In this document: positions 19,018-27,370 of the stretch, in pieces
Numbering within the stretch: position 1 is the first letter of the stretch
How the letters are laid out: every line of letters begins with the position of its first letter
Assembly: GCA_963662565.2 (NCBI GenBank)
Contig: CAXXXG010000008.1
Span: 3,614 to 67,613 of the forward strand
Reading direction: 5' to 3'
Length of the DNA stretch: 64,000 nucleotides
Origin: Sedimentisphaerales bacterium
GTDB lineage: Bacteria; Planctomycetota; Phycisphaerae; Sedimentisphaerales; Anaerobacaceae
Made by a program: the position numbers and the translations under genes
The notes under the pieces: generated by a model
Seen by the model: the letters and a program-made list of their open reading frames with translations, nothing else
Database searches by the model: none
What the model was told of the DNA's origin: nothing

Positions 19018-20930
19018 AAAACAATAACTCAATAGAAACCATCACCTCCTATCAGGTGGCCAAGGTCATTGAGCGGTTGTCCGAGGGTAAGCGTATTCGT
19101 CGCAGCTTACCCCGTTCGGGACGGGTGCATATCGATCGTACGCTGCCGTTCATTGTGGTCTGCCGTACAGGCCCACAGGGTTCGGATACCCATACCGCCC
19201 GTTTGGTGCGGGGTGAGGCCTCGTATCTGGTGGCGGCCGGTGACACCGACTTCTATCCGGGCCTCAACAACCTGGTATCCCACGTGGTTGCAACCCTGTC
19301 CAATGAGTGCGCCTCGTTCCTGGTCATCGAAATCTGGGCCGGATCACAAACATCGACCCAACCGATGGCGGATGGCGGGATCGAACCACCGGCATTTTGT
19401 ATCCATGTGCCCAAGAACGATCCGCCCACCCGCACAGTGGAGACGTTGGAGCGATCCTTGCAACGCATCAAGATACTACGTCGAGGTGCGAATGTATGTG
19501 TTGAAACCGTCGAGCAGCCGGCCCCACCTGGGCTCAAACCGTTGCTCTCGGCCAAGGAGGCCCGCCTGCGCAACTGTTTCATGGTGGGTCTGGAGATCCA
19601 GCCTATCTATTGGGATACCGAGACCGGCCAACCCTATCCCCTGGTCCTGCGTAGTCTACACCGTAGTTTGTCTGTGGCCTTCAAGCGGGCGGCCTTTGAG
19701 TTTGCCCGTTTGCGTACACCACGTCGTCCCGCCAACTACCAGGCCCTGGGGCGACGGGCCTTTGTCAAGGCGGTCTGGCAGGTGGACCAGCAACTGGCCC
19801 GCATCAGCCAGTCCTTCGACTATCTCCTATTGGTGACGCCGATCAACGCTGACGCAGCCTGGAAGCGTTTTCACCAGAACAAACATGACAAGAATCCGGT
19901 CTTCTACTATCGCCCTTTGCCCATCGATCCGTCCCTGGTCAAACGGCGGCTCTACCAGGTGCCCATCGAACGTATCGAGGATCCGACCCTGGCCTCGGTC
20001 TTTCGCGAGAAACGCTGTGAGCTGGACCGCATGATCAATCTGTTGACCGAGCGGGGCAAGCCTTCGTTTGTGTACAGCAGCCAGCAACTCTTCGGCGGGG
20101 TTCGCGACGAGTTGCTGACCCTGGCCCGACGTATCCTGGCCAAGGTCTCGCCGCGGGCGCGAGAGGACAAAGGGGGGCCCATGCTGGACGCCCGGGCCTT
20201 TGCTCAACGCGTGCGTGCGGAGTTCGATTATTACCGCAATCAAAGATGCGACATCGATCCTAAGGTTTCCGTTCGTGACGATGTCAGTGGTGTGTTGGTT
20301 TCGCAGGGGCAATTGCTCGTGGGCAGCGGTTTCAAGGTGGCGGCCTCGCGGGTTGAGGGGCTACTTCAACACGAGGTGGGCACGCATGTTTTGACCTATC
20401 TCAATGCCCAGGCCCAGCCCTTTCAACTGCTCTGTTACGGCCTGGCCGGATACGAGCCCTTGCAGGAAGGACTCGCCGTACTGGCCGAATACCTGGTGGG
20501 CGACCTGGGACGCGGACGGTTACGTCTGCTGGCCGGCCGCGTGGTGGCCGTGCATGCCCTAGTGTCCGGAGCGGCCTTTGTAGAGGCCTTTAGGCTGCTG
20601 CACAAGGAGCATGGCTTCAAGCTGCAAACCGCCTTCAATATCACCATGCGGGTCTATCGCGGCGGCGGGCTGACCAAGGATGCAGTGTATTTACAGGGGC
20701 TTGCCTCTCTGCTAGACTACCTCCAAGACGGTGGTGATCTGAATTTGCTCTGGGTGGGCAAAATCGCTGCGGACCATACCTCCATAATGCGGGAGCTGAT
20801 GAGCCGTGAGGTCCTGATTCCTGCACCCCTGCATCCCCGTTATCTGGAATTTGAATCGGCCCAGGCACGCCTGGCAAAAGTGAAGTCAGGCGCAACGCCT
20901 TTGGATCTTATCGAAGGGAAAAGAAAATGA
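19014..20930 (+). CDS. DUF1704 / QEGLA-motif protein, MATCAP-like metallopeptidase
   Basis: HEVGTH (HExxxH) at 20370-20387 and QEGLA at 20463-20477. Start set at GTG 19014, overlapping the upstream stop (GTGA). The ORF is open from 18837 but that part overlaps the FGase gene. Confidence 0.75.
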   Translation: MKNNNSIETITSYQVAKVIERLSEGKRIRRSLPRSGRVHIDRTLPFIVVCRTGPQGSDTHTARLVRGEASYLVAAGDTDFYPGLNNLVSHVVATLSNECASFLVIEIWAGSQTSTQPMADGGIEPPAFCIHVPKNDPPTRTVETLERSLQRIKILRRGANVCVETVEQPAPPGLKPLLSAKEARLRNCFMVGLEIQPIYWDTETGQPYPLVLRSLHRSLSVAFKRAAFEFARLRTPRRPANYQALGRRAFVKAVWQVDQQLARISQSFDYLLLVTPINADAAWKRFHQNKHDKNPVFYYRPLPIDPSLVKRRLYQVPIERIEDPTLASVFREKRCELDRMINLLTERGKPSFVYSSQQLFGGVRDELLTLARRILAKVSPRAREDKGGPMLDARAFAQRVRAEFDYYRNQRCDIDPKVSVRDDVSGVLVSQGQLLVGSGFKVAASRVEGLLQHEVGTHVLTYLNAQAQPFQLLCYGLAGYEPLQEGLAVLAEYLVGDLGRGRLRLLAGRVVAVHALVSGAAFVEAFRLLHKEHGFKLQTAFNITMRVYRGGGLTKDAVYLQGLASLLDYLQDGGDLNLLWVGKIAADHTSIMRELMSREVLIPAPLHPRYLEFESAQARLAKVKSGATPLDLIEGKRK

Positions 20931-21973
20931 AATTAGGATTTCTGGTCAACGACATACAGACCGAACAGGCCGGTTACACCACCACGCGTCTGGCCATGAC
21001 CGCCATCAACCGTGGACACGAGGTGTGGATCATTGGAGCAGGCGACTTTGCCTACAGTGTGGACGAACACATCCATGCTCGCGCCTACCGCGCACCTAAA
21101 TCCAAGTACAGCAACAATAAGACCTACCTGGCCGATTTGCAGGGCCCCAAGGCCAAGCGAGAATGGATCGTGGTCGATGACCTGGACGTTCTCATGCTCC
21201 GCAACGACCCCTCGGCCGACACCGGTGTACGCTCCTGGGCCCAGACCGCGGGGATCATCTTCGGTCGGGCCGCTATGCGGGCCGGGGTCATCGTGCTCAA
21301 CGATCCCGACGGTCTGGCCAAGGCCATGAACAAGATGTACTTCCAGCTCTTCCCTGAAGAGGTCCGCCCCCGCACCATCATCACCCGCGATCGCGATGAG
21401 ATCCGTCGCTTTGCCAAGGAAGAAGGTGGCCACATCATCCTCAAGCCCCTGCAGGGTTCGGGCGGTACAGGCGTGTTCATGGTACGTAAGGACGATCTAT
21501 CCAATATCAACCAGATGGTCGAGGCCGTCAGCCACTACGGCTACGTCATCGCCCAGGAATACCTGCCCGCCGCGGCCGAGGGGGACATCCGTCTGTTCCT
21601 CATGAACGGCCAACCCCTCCGCTACAAAGGCAAATATGCCGCCTTCCGGCGCGTACGTTCCAGCGAAGACATCCGCAGCAACATCCACGCCGGCGGCAAG
21701 CTCGCCCCGGCCGTGATCACCAAAGAACACCTCGACGTCGTGGAAATGGTTCGTCCCAAACTCGTGCAGGACGGCATGTTCCTCGTCGGCCTCGATATCG
21801 TCGGTGACAAGCTCATGGAAATCAACGTCTTCAGCCCTGGTGGCCTCGGCAGCGCCCAAAACTTCGAAAAAGTCAACTTCTGTCACCCCGTCATCGACGC
21901 CCTGGAAAAAAAGGTCGAGTACATGAAGTACTATCGCCGCAACTTCGACAATGTCGAAATGGCGATGCTTTGA
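20927..21973 (+). CDS. glutathione-synthase-like (GshB-type) ATP-grasp ligase
   Basis: MKLGFLVNDI...RLAMTAINRGHEVW N-terminal domain, ILKPLQGSGGTGVF, AQEYLP, EINVFSPGG. ATGA overlap with the upstream gene. Confidence 0.8.
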   Translation: MKLGFLVNDIQTEQAGYTTTRLAMTAINRGHEVWIIGAGDFAYSVDEHIHARAYRAPKSKYSNNKTYLADLQGPKAKREWIVVDDLDVLMLRNDPSADTGVRSWAQTAGIIFGRAAMRAGVIVLNDPDGLAKAMNKMYFQLFPEEVRPRTIITRDRDEIRRFAKEEGGHIILKPLQGSGGTGVFMVRKDDLSNINQMVEAVSHYGYVIAQEYLPAAAEGDIRLFLMNGQPLRYKGKYAAFRRVRSSEDIRSNIHAGGKLAPAVITKEHLDVVEMVRPKLVQDGMFLVGLDIVGDKLMEINVFSPGGLGSAQNFEKVNFCHPVIDALEKKVEYMKYYRRNFDNVEMAML

Positions 21974-22120
21974 GAACCCCGCTCAGACGCCGCGGGGGCT
22001 TATAAAAAGAAATCGGGGAAAATGTGACAATTTGTTGAGTTAATTTGTATAAATAGACTTTTAAAGAAATCGCTTCGTTGCTTAGGGTATAGGAGATTCC
22101 CAAATTCCATTCTACATGAC

Positions 22121-22636
22121 TCAACGATTCCATGACGTGTTAAAATCTAGGCGTCTTATTAATTCGAAAGTGTTAATGCTGTTAATTCCTAAAGAAGCAC
22201 AAACATCAGGGACATGTTTATTGGCTCCTTGCCTACTAGGTTTTGATGCCTCTTCTGTGACAATGCACCGATTTTTGACATCCAACAGTGCATAAGAAAT
22301 TAAGAAAGGATCCCGCCCCATTTTTGCAATGTCGTCATCAGTTGGATTGGGCAAATAGCCGTTGTATACTACATGAGAGACAAATTGAGACTCAGCCTCT
22401 TCCTTTAATCGTAAAGCATCCTTCACTTCCGTTGTCGCTGCCCAGGCGGCAAGTTCATCTTGTTCTCCTTGCTTAGATTTAGTGTCCTTAAATTCTTCGT
22501 AAATCTCAATCGGAATGGCTATATTTTCACGCTGTCCTTGGTATATTAACCATTCCCAAAATTCCGGCACACGAGAAAGTGGATAGTACCAATTTTTGGC
22601 ATTAATTAATACATTGGCATCCAGTAAATAAAGCAA
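22121..22636 (-). CDS. DUF4411-family PIN-like nuclease
   Basis: N-terminus MLYLLDANVLINAKNWYYP...VPEFWEWL is characteristic of DUF4411. Lies in an AT-rich region. Confidence 0.7.
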   Translation of the reverse strand: MLYLLDANVLINAKNWYYPLSRVPEFWEWLIYQGQRENIAIPIEIYEEFKDTKSKQGEQDELAAWAATTEVKDALRLKEEAESQFVSHVVYNGYLPNPTDDDIAKMGRDPFLISYALLDVKNRCIVTEEASKPSRQGANKHVPDVCASLGINSINTFELIRRLDFNTSWNR

Positions 22637-22647
22637 TGCAGGCTTCC

Positions 22648-23841
22648 CTATACGGCATTACTAAGTTCAAAAATCTTATGTACTTTCAAGGGCCTTACGC
22701 CAAGTAGAAAACCAGCTCTAGTAGGGGTAAGAACACCCGACGAAGTCATTCTTTCTGTAAATCGAATTAAGGCTTCTCCAAGACTGTGTCTACGTACAAC
22801 AAAATAGCTTGGGCCGCCCTCTTTTTGTTTCTTTTGATTTCTCGTTTTGTCGCGATAATCAAACCACTGTTTGTCGAAATGCTCATTTAGAGTCAACCAT
22901 AAATCATGGGTGACTATCCCCTTTCTGTATAGGCGATAGGAAACAAGAGCACTACTTACGTTTTTATCTCTTGCAAAACTTGTTATAACTTCCGTTAAAG
23001 CAATAAACTCCACGTTGCCGCTAAATTTGAGATTTCTGAGTTCATTCTCGGGAAGCAAGATTTGGCTTGCTACGTCACTGCAAAATTTTTCGACCTTCTT
23101 TTCTGTTTTAGCCCCGCTGACACCGGTTTGCCCTAGCCACAGATGTGCGATTTCATGCAAAAGAGTAAAAGACCATGCAGCTTTAGAGTCTAAATCGTTG
23201 ATAACAACAAAAGGTGCAATCTCGTCAGATAATACAAATCCTCGGAATATCGACGTGCTAATATTGGTATGATGAGATCCGAGATTGCCTATTAGGAGAA
23301 CAAAGATCCCCACATCTTCTGCCAGGGCCCGCAAATACTTAAAGGCATCATGCGTTGTTTGGCATTGTTGATATGTGTTTAAATCAAATTTTATCGATTC
23401 GCAAATAGAAGATGCCACTTGAGAAACGCCTTGTTTGATATCTGCACAGCCAATGAATTCTAACCTTTGTTCTTCATCTTCCTCAATCAGTGTTTCCCTT
23501 AGGAGACTCTGGCGTGCTTTGATGTCTCTGATTAGTACATCTACATAGGCATTTTCGGTTGGGACAACATTGACAGGTAGGGTGCGAAAATCTTCACCTC
23601 TGTCACCCCGTAGCGGTTGTTCTTCCATATATAAAGTCAAGAGGGGCTTTTTATAGAGCTTCGCCATTTTTACAAGCAACGACCGGGAAGGATCTTTTTC
23701 CTGGCTTTCAAAAGCTAGCAATTTATCAACCGCACTGATTGTTTTGCTATCTGTGAGTTGAAGCTTTATGGAGGCTTCTTCGACAGACAATCCTGCAGAT
23801 TTTCTCGCCCAAATCAATATTTTGGGATTCACATTAGGCAT
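22648..23841 (-). CDS. XRE-type HTH fused to an ImmA/IrrE (COG2856) zinc metallopeptidase
   Basis: N-terminal HTH (ILIWARKSAGLSVEEASIKL) and HEIAHLWL HExxH motif. Lies 11 nt upstream of the DUF4411 gene. Confidence 0.75.
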   Translation of the reverse strand: MPNVNPKILIWARKSAGLSVEEASIKLQLTDSKTISAVDKLLAFESQEKDPSRSLLVKMAKLYKKPLLTLYMEEQPLRGDRGEDFRTLPVNVVPTENAYVDVLIRDIKARQSLLRETLIEEDEEQRLEFIGCADIKQGVSQVASSICESIKFDLNTYQQCQTTHDAFKYLRALAEDVGIFVLLIGNLGSHHTNISTSIFRGFVLSDEIAPFVVINDLDSKAAWSFTLLHEIAHLWLGQTGVSGAKTEKKVEKFCSDVASQILLPENELRNLKFSGNVEFIALTEVITSFARDKNVSSALVSYRLYRKGIVTHDLWLTLNEHFDKQWFDYRDKTRNQKKQKEGGPSYFVVRRHSLGEALIRFTERMTSSGVLTPTRAGFLLGVRPLKVHKIFELSNAV

Positions 23842-24135
23842 ACATTACTCAGTCCAACAAACACGACCACCACTCACAGTACCTTCTCTTGCCACTCTCT
23901 AGTGTAACCCAAAAAGGTAATCTTATAAAATACTACCATACGTTTTTTCGGACAAGTTAACAGATATTAGCCAGGCATTTCTGGCAAAGATACAGTTTAT
24001 ATCTACAAGTCAGTAAAAACACACAAAATATAACCACTGACGGCTCTGAAGAAGGGCTAGACCTTAAAAAAAGTTAGCGGTATAGACTTAAGCCCTTTTG
24101 AGCTTTAAAAATGCCAAGGCTTCCCGGATCAAACC

Positions 24136-24414
24136 TCAGATAAAGGCAGCAGGTGAGACTCTGAATCGCTGGCTGATGGTTTTGATGTGGGCTTTGCTCA
24201 ATGAGCGTTGTCTGTTGAGAATGCGTGATCCGAGGGAGCGATCTCCTAAGAGACGTCCAAGATCGGAGGCGGTCATTTCATTGGCCTCCAGGAGGAATTT
24301 TAGATTTTCGATGGGATCATGGTCCACCTGGATGGGGTAGACTTGGGATTCGTAAATGCTAATAATGCCACTTTTGTTCATAGTATGTCGATGTTTCGCC
24401 GACTTACTATGCAA
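24136..24414 (-). CDS. HigA-like antitoxin HTH protein, short/orphan
   Basis: ...LLEANEMTASDLGRLLGDRSLGSRILNRQRSLSKAHIKTISQRFRVSPAAFI matches the C-terminal HTH of the HigA family. The N-terminal part is short and no toxin ORF lies next to it. Confidence 0.6.
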   Translation of the reverse strand: MHSKSAKHRHTMNKSGIISIYESQVYPIQVDHDPIENLKFLLEANEMTASDLGRLLGDRSLGSRILNRQRSLSKAHIKTISQRFRVSPAAFI

Positions 24415-24633
24415 AAATCTGATGTAAACTCAACGGTCAAAATTACCACCCTAAAAGACGGGGTGTTCCATCTCTGCACAGTCATGCCTTCGGGCTTCTG
24501 CCGTTTAGGTCACCCGCTCCTGCCGTAAATGCCTTAACAACCGATCCGATAGAGGCTTACACAAAACAGCTATGCCATGGCACAACAATTGCAATTGATC
24601 AATCTTAAGAGTAATTGAAAGGTACTTCACATT

Positions 24634-25023
24634 ATGGTTAGAGCTGAAACAAACTCTCGATCCAACACGATCCTGATTCTGGGGGACCACAACCACCACG
24701 GACTGGAAGGCGCACTGGCCGATCTGGGTTTTACGCCCGTGGTTTGGAGCAGTGCCCTGCACAGTTTGGATAAGCTTCGGAGTCAACCGATTCATGCGGT
24801 GGTGATCGACCGGGACGTGGCCCATGCCGACGTGCTGGAGTTCATCCTCAATGTCAGGGACATCAACGCCCATATCCCCATTGTGGTGGTGGCCCATCGC
24901 AAACAGGACCAGACCGACGAGGCCATGCGTCAGCAATCTCAGGTCATTTATATCCAAGCGTCCTCCCAAGATCCACAACTCTGCGAAACCTTGTCGCAAC
25001 TACTTGTACCAGAAAAAAATTGA
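24634..25023 (+). CDS. stand-alone response-regulator receiver-like protein
   Basis: ILILGD..., AVVIDRDV (candidate phospho-Asp) and PIVVVAH give a CheY-like layout. The conserved Lys is not evident. Confidence 0.55.
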   Translation: MVRAETNSRSNTILILGDHNHHGLEGALADLGFTPVVWSSALHSLDKLRSQPIHAVVIDRDVAHADVLEFILNVRDINAHIPIVVVAHRKQDQTDEAMRQQSQVIYIQASSQDPQLCETLSQLLVPEKN

Positions 25024-25112
25024 ATGAATACCGCGTTGCGTCCTTGTGATGATGGCCGGACGTGACGCATTGAACGACCTCCCAATGGGTAAATTTAAGA
25101 TCAATCATTATT

Positions 25113-25499
25113 ATGGAGAATAGACAGATGCCCACCCCTTTTACCTTGGCTGTGATGGAAGCAACCGATCCGCAATTCAGTCATTGTCAAGTCACGATCA
25201 CCCCGCACCAGGCCGTTGCCTGGGCCTCTGACCGGAACGACCTAGACCAACTGCCCGATGATATCGAAGCCTTGCTCGTCTACACCGGTAAGACGCAACA
25301 AGACACCCTGGTGGTATGCGAACGATTGCGCAGCCACACTCGAACGGCTTCCATGCCCATCATCTTCGTGGCCCCCAGTTACGATATCACCCATACCTTC
25401 GTGGTTCAACGGGCAGGCAACGCGGAGCTGCTCACCGAGCCGTTTACCCTGGATGAGTTACAAGATTGCCTGGAAGAATTCACCACAGAGACCTCATAA
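25113..25499 (+). CDS. pseudo-receiver (degenerate CheY-like) protein
   Basis: ALLVYTG replaces the phospho-Asp strand. PIIFVAP and ELLTEPFTLDELQDCL fit the receiver beta4/alpha5 layout. Confidence 0.45.
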   Translation: MENRQMPTPFTLAVMEATDPQFSHCQVTITPHQAVAWASDRNDLDQLPDDIEALLVYTGKTQQDTLVVCERLRSHTRTASMPIIFVAPSYDITHTFVVQRAGNAELLTEPFTLDELQDCLEEFTTETS

Positions 25500-25551
25500 G
25501 GCCCTTAAACACGAACTCATACCCATCAAAATCAAGAAAGGATCACGCTCA

Positions 25552-25830
25552 ATGCGTTTATACATCGGCAATCTCGCCACTCAGATTCAAGAACAGGAAC
25601 TCCAAAAGGCCTTTGCCGCCTTCGGCCAGGTTCAATCCGTCAGCATCATGCGGGCCAAGGCCACAGGCGAGTCATTGGGATACGGTTTCGTCATTATGCC
25701 CCAGAGGGAGGAGGCCCGCGTCGCTCTGGAGGCCATGAACGGACAACCCTTAAAGGGACAAAACCTGCGGGTGGAGAAGAGTAAACAACGATTGGCTCGT
25801 CGCAACAAACCATCGTACCAAAAACGATAA
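25552..25830 (+). CDS. RRM-type RNA-binding protein
   Basis: RNP2 LYIGNL and RNP1 LGYGFVIM, with a basic tail. Start at ATG 25552 after AAGGA; the track ORF opening at 25258 is an upstream extension. Confidence 0.85.
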   Translation: MRLYIGNLATQIQEQELQKAFAAFGQVQSVSIMRAKATGESLGYGFVIMPQREEARVALEAMNGQPLKGQNLRVEKSKQRLARRNKPSYQKR

Positions 25831-25859
25831 AGAACCTGGGACCCTAGCGGAATGTATTC

Positions 25860-25898
25860 AGGTCGCGGAACGCCTCTGAGCCCCGCGACCTGTTTGTT
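25860..25898 (+). terminator. putative rho-independent terminator
   Basis: AGGTCGCGG (25860-25868) pairs with CCGCGACCT (25883-25891), followed by GTTTGTT. Confidence 0.5.
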
Positions 25899-26000
25899 AA
25901 AAGGCTTTTTGTGCATATTTCCCCTCACTGGCTTGCATTCAGTCTTGAGGTGTGAGACACTGCTTTAACATTTTACCAGACACTACGGAGCCCCAATTTA

Positions 26001-27365
26001 ATGCCTCTGGCCAACGCACATATTATCACCGTGGAACGCAACAACGACGTGACACAACGTCTCAAGGGGCTGGTTCCTTCTACGACCGTGCAACTTCAAC
26101 GGGTTTCAAGTATGGATCACGTGCTGGAGCAATTCGAGACCACCCATTTCGATGTGTTGATCCTGACCAGCTCGGTGTTTCAGGCCGGACATATCGATGG
26201 CGTAGAACTGCTGGATGTGATTGCGGCCAACAGCCCCATGACCCAGGTCATCTTCCTGGCCGAGGCCCGTGACATCCGCATGGCCATGTCCGCACTCAAG
26301 GCAGGCTCCTACCAATACGCCAAGCTACCCGTGGCGGACGACGAATTGCGTCTCCTGATCGAGACCGCAGTGGAGCAACAACCCCGTTACGGTCACAACC
26401 TGCTGCTCAAGCAGGCCGCACCCGAGATCAAATTCGAAAAACTGATCGGTCGGTCCAAGGGCATGAAGGAGGTCTATCGCCAGATCCGCCAGGCCTCAGC
26501 CACGGACATGCCCGTGCTCCTGATAGGTGAAACCGGCACGGGCAAGGACCTGGCGGCCCAGGCCATCCACAATCAAAGTCGACGTGCACATGAATCCTAT
26601 GTCCCGGTCAACCTGGGGGCCCTACCCGCCGAATTGGTGGCCAGCGAGCTGTTCGGCCACGAAAAAGGAGCCTTTACCGGCGCCTATCAGCGGCGTGAGG
26701 GCAAGTTCGAACTGGCCCGAACCGGCACCATCTTCCTGGACGAAATCTCCAGTATCGACGAACGCGTCCAGATCGGACTACTACGCTTGATCGAGGAAAA
26801 ACGCTTTCACCGCCTGGGCGGCAAACAGACCATTACCTCGGACGCCCGCCTGATTACAGCCTCTAACGAGGACCTAGAGGAATTGACCCATCGCGGCACC
26901 TTCCGTCAGGACCTCTACTTCCGTCTGGATGTCTTTCGTATCTTGATCCCACCCCTGCGGGACCGTCACGGTGACATCCCCCTGCTGGTGGACGAATTCC
27001 TCAAACGCTACAACCGCTCCTTCCAAAAGAACATCCTGGGCATCTCCCCGGAATGCATCAGCCTTTTGGAGTCTTATGACTGGCCCGGTAATGTGCGGGA
27101 ACTCAAAAATGTCATCCAACGGGCCGTGTTGGTCTGTATGGGTGAGGTCTTGCTACCCGAACACCTGCCGCCCCGCTTCAAACCGGACCAGCACGCGTAC
27201 CCCACTGTCACTTTCCGCATCGGCACGCCCTTGAGCGAGGTCGAACGGGAAATGATCATCCGGGCCCTGGTGGCCGCTGAAAACAACCGAAAACGGGCCG
27301 CGGATCTGCTCGGCATCAGCCGCCGTGCCCTCTACAACAAGCTGGACAAATACGGTATCAAGTAG
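26001..27365 (+). CDS. sigma-54-dependent transcriptional activator (NtrC family) with degenerate receiver
   Basis: AAA+ sigma-54 interaction motifs: GETGTGKDL, ELFGHEKGAFTGA, LDEI, RFHRLGG, RQDLYFRL. C-terminal Fis-type HTH: RAADLLGISRRALYNKL. The receiver has ER in place of DD and Thr in place of the phospho-Asp. Confidence 0.9.
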   Translation: MPLANAHIITVERNNDVTQRLKGLVPSTTVQLQRVSSMDHVLEQFETTHFDVLILTSSVFQAGHIDGVELLDVIAANSPMTQVIFLAEARDIRMAMSALKAGSYQYAKLPVADDELRLLIETAVEQQPRYGHNLLLKQAAPEIKFEKLIGRSKGMKEVYRQIRQASATDMPVLLIGETGTGKDLAAQAIHNQSRRAHESYVPVNLGALPAELVASELFGHEKGAFTGAYQRREGKFELARTGTIFLDEISSIDERVQIGLLRLIEEKRFHRLGGKQTITSDARLITASNEDLEELTHRGTFRQDLYFRLDVFRILIPPLRDRHGDIPLLVDEFLKRYNRSFQKNILGISPECISLLESYDWPGNVRELKNVIQRAVLVCMGEVLLPEHLPPRFKPDQHAYPTVTFRIGTPLSEVEREMIIRALVAAENNRKRAADLLGISRRALYNKLDKYGIK

Positions 27366-27370
27366 GGATC

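Noticed and set aside
24415-24633. Possible HigB-type toxin remnant upstream of the HigA-like gene
   Set aside because: The minus-strand translations give only a ~35-codon frame (MTVQRWNTPSFRVVILTVEF...) with no convincing RelE/HigB motifs.
21974-24633. Calling the AT-rich islet an integrated mobile element or prophage remnant
   Set aside because: There is no integrase, recombinase or transposase, no adjacent tRNA, and I found no flanking direct repeats. Only 'compositionally atypical accessory islet' is supportable.
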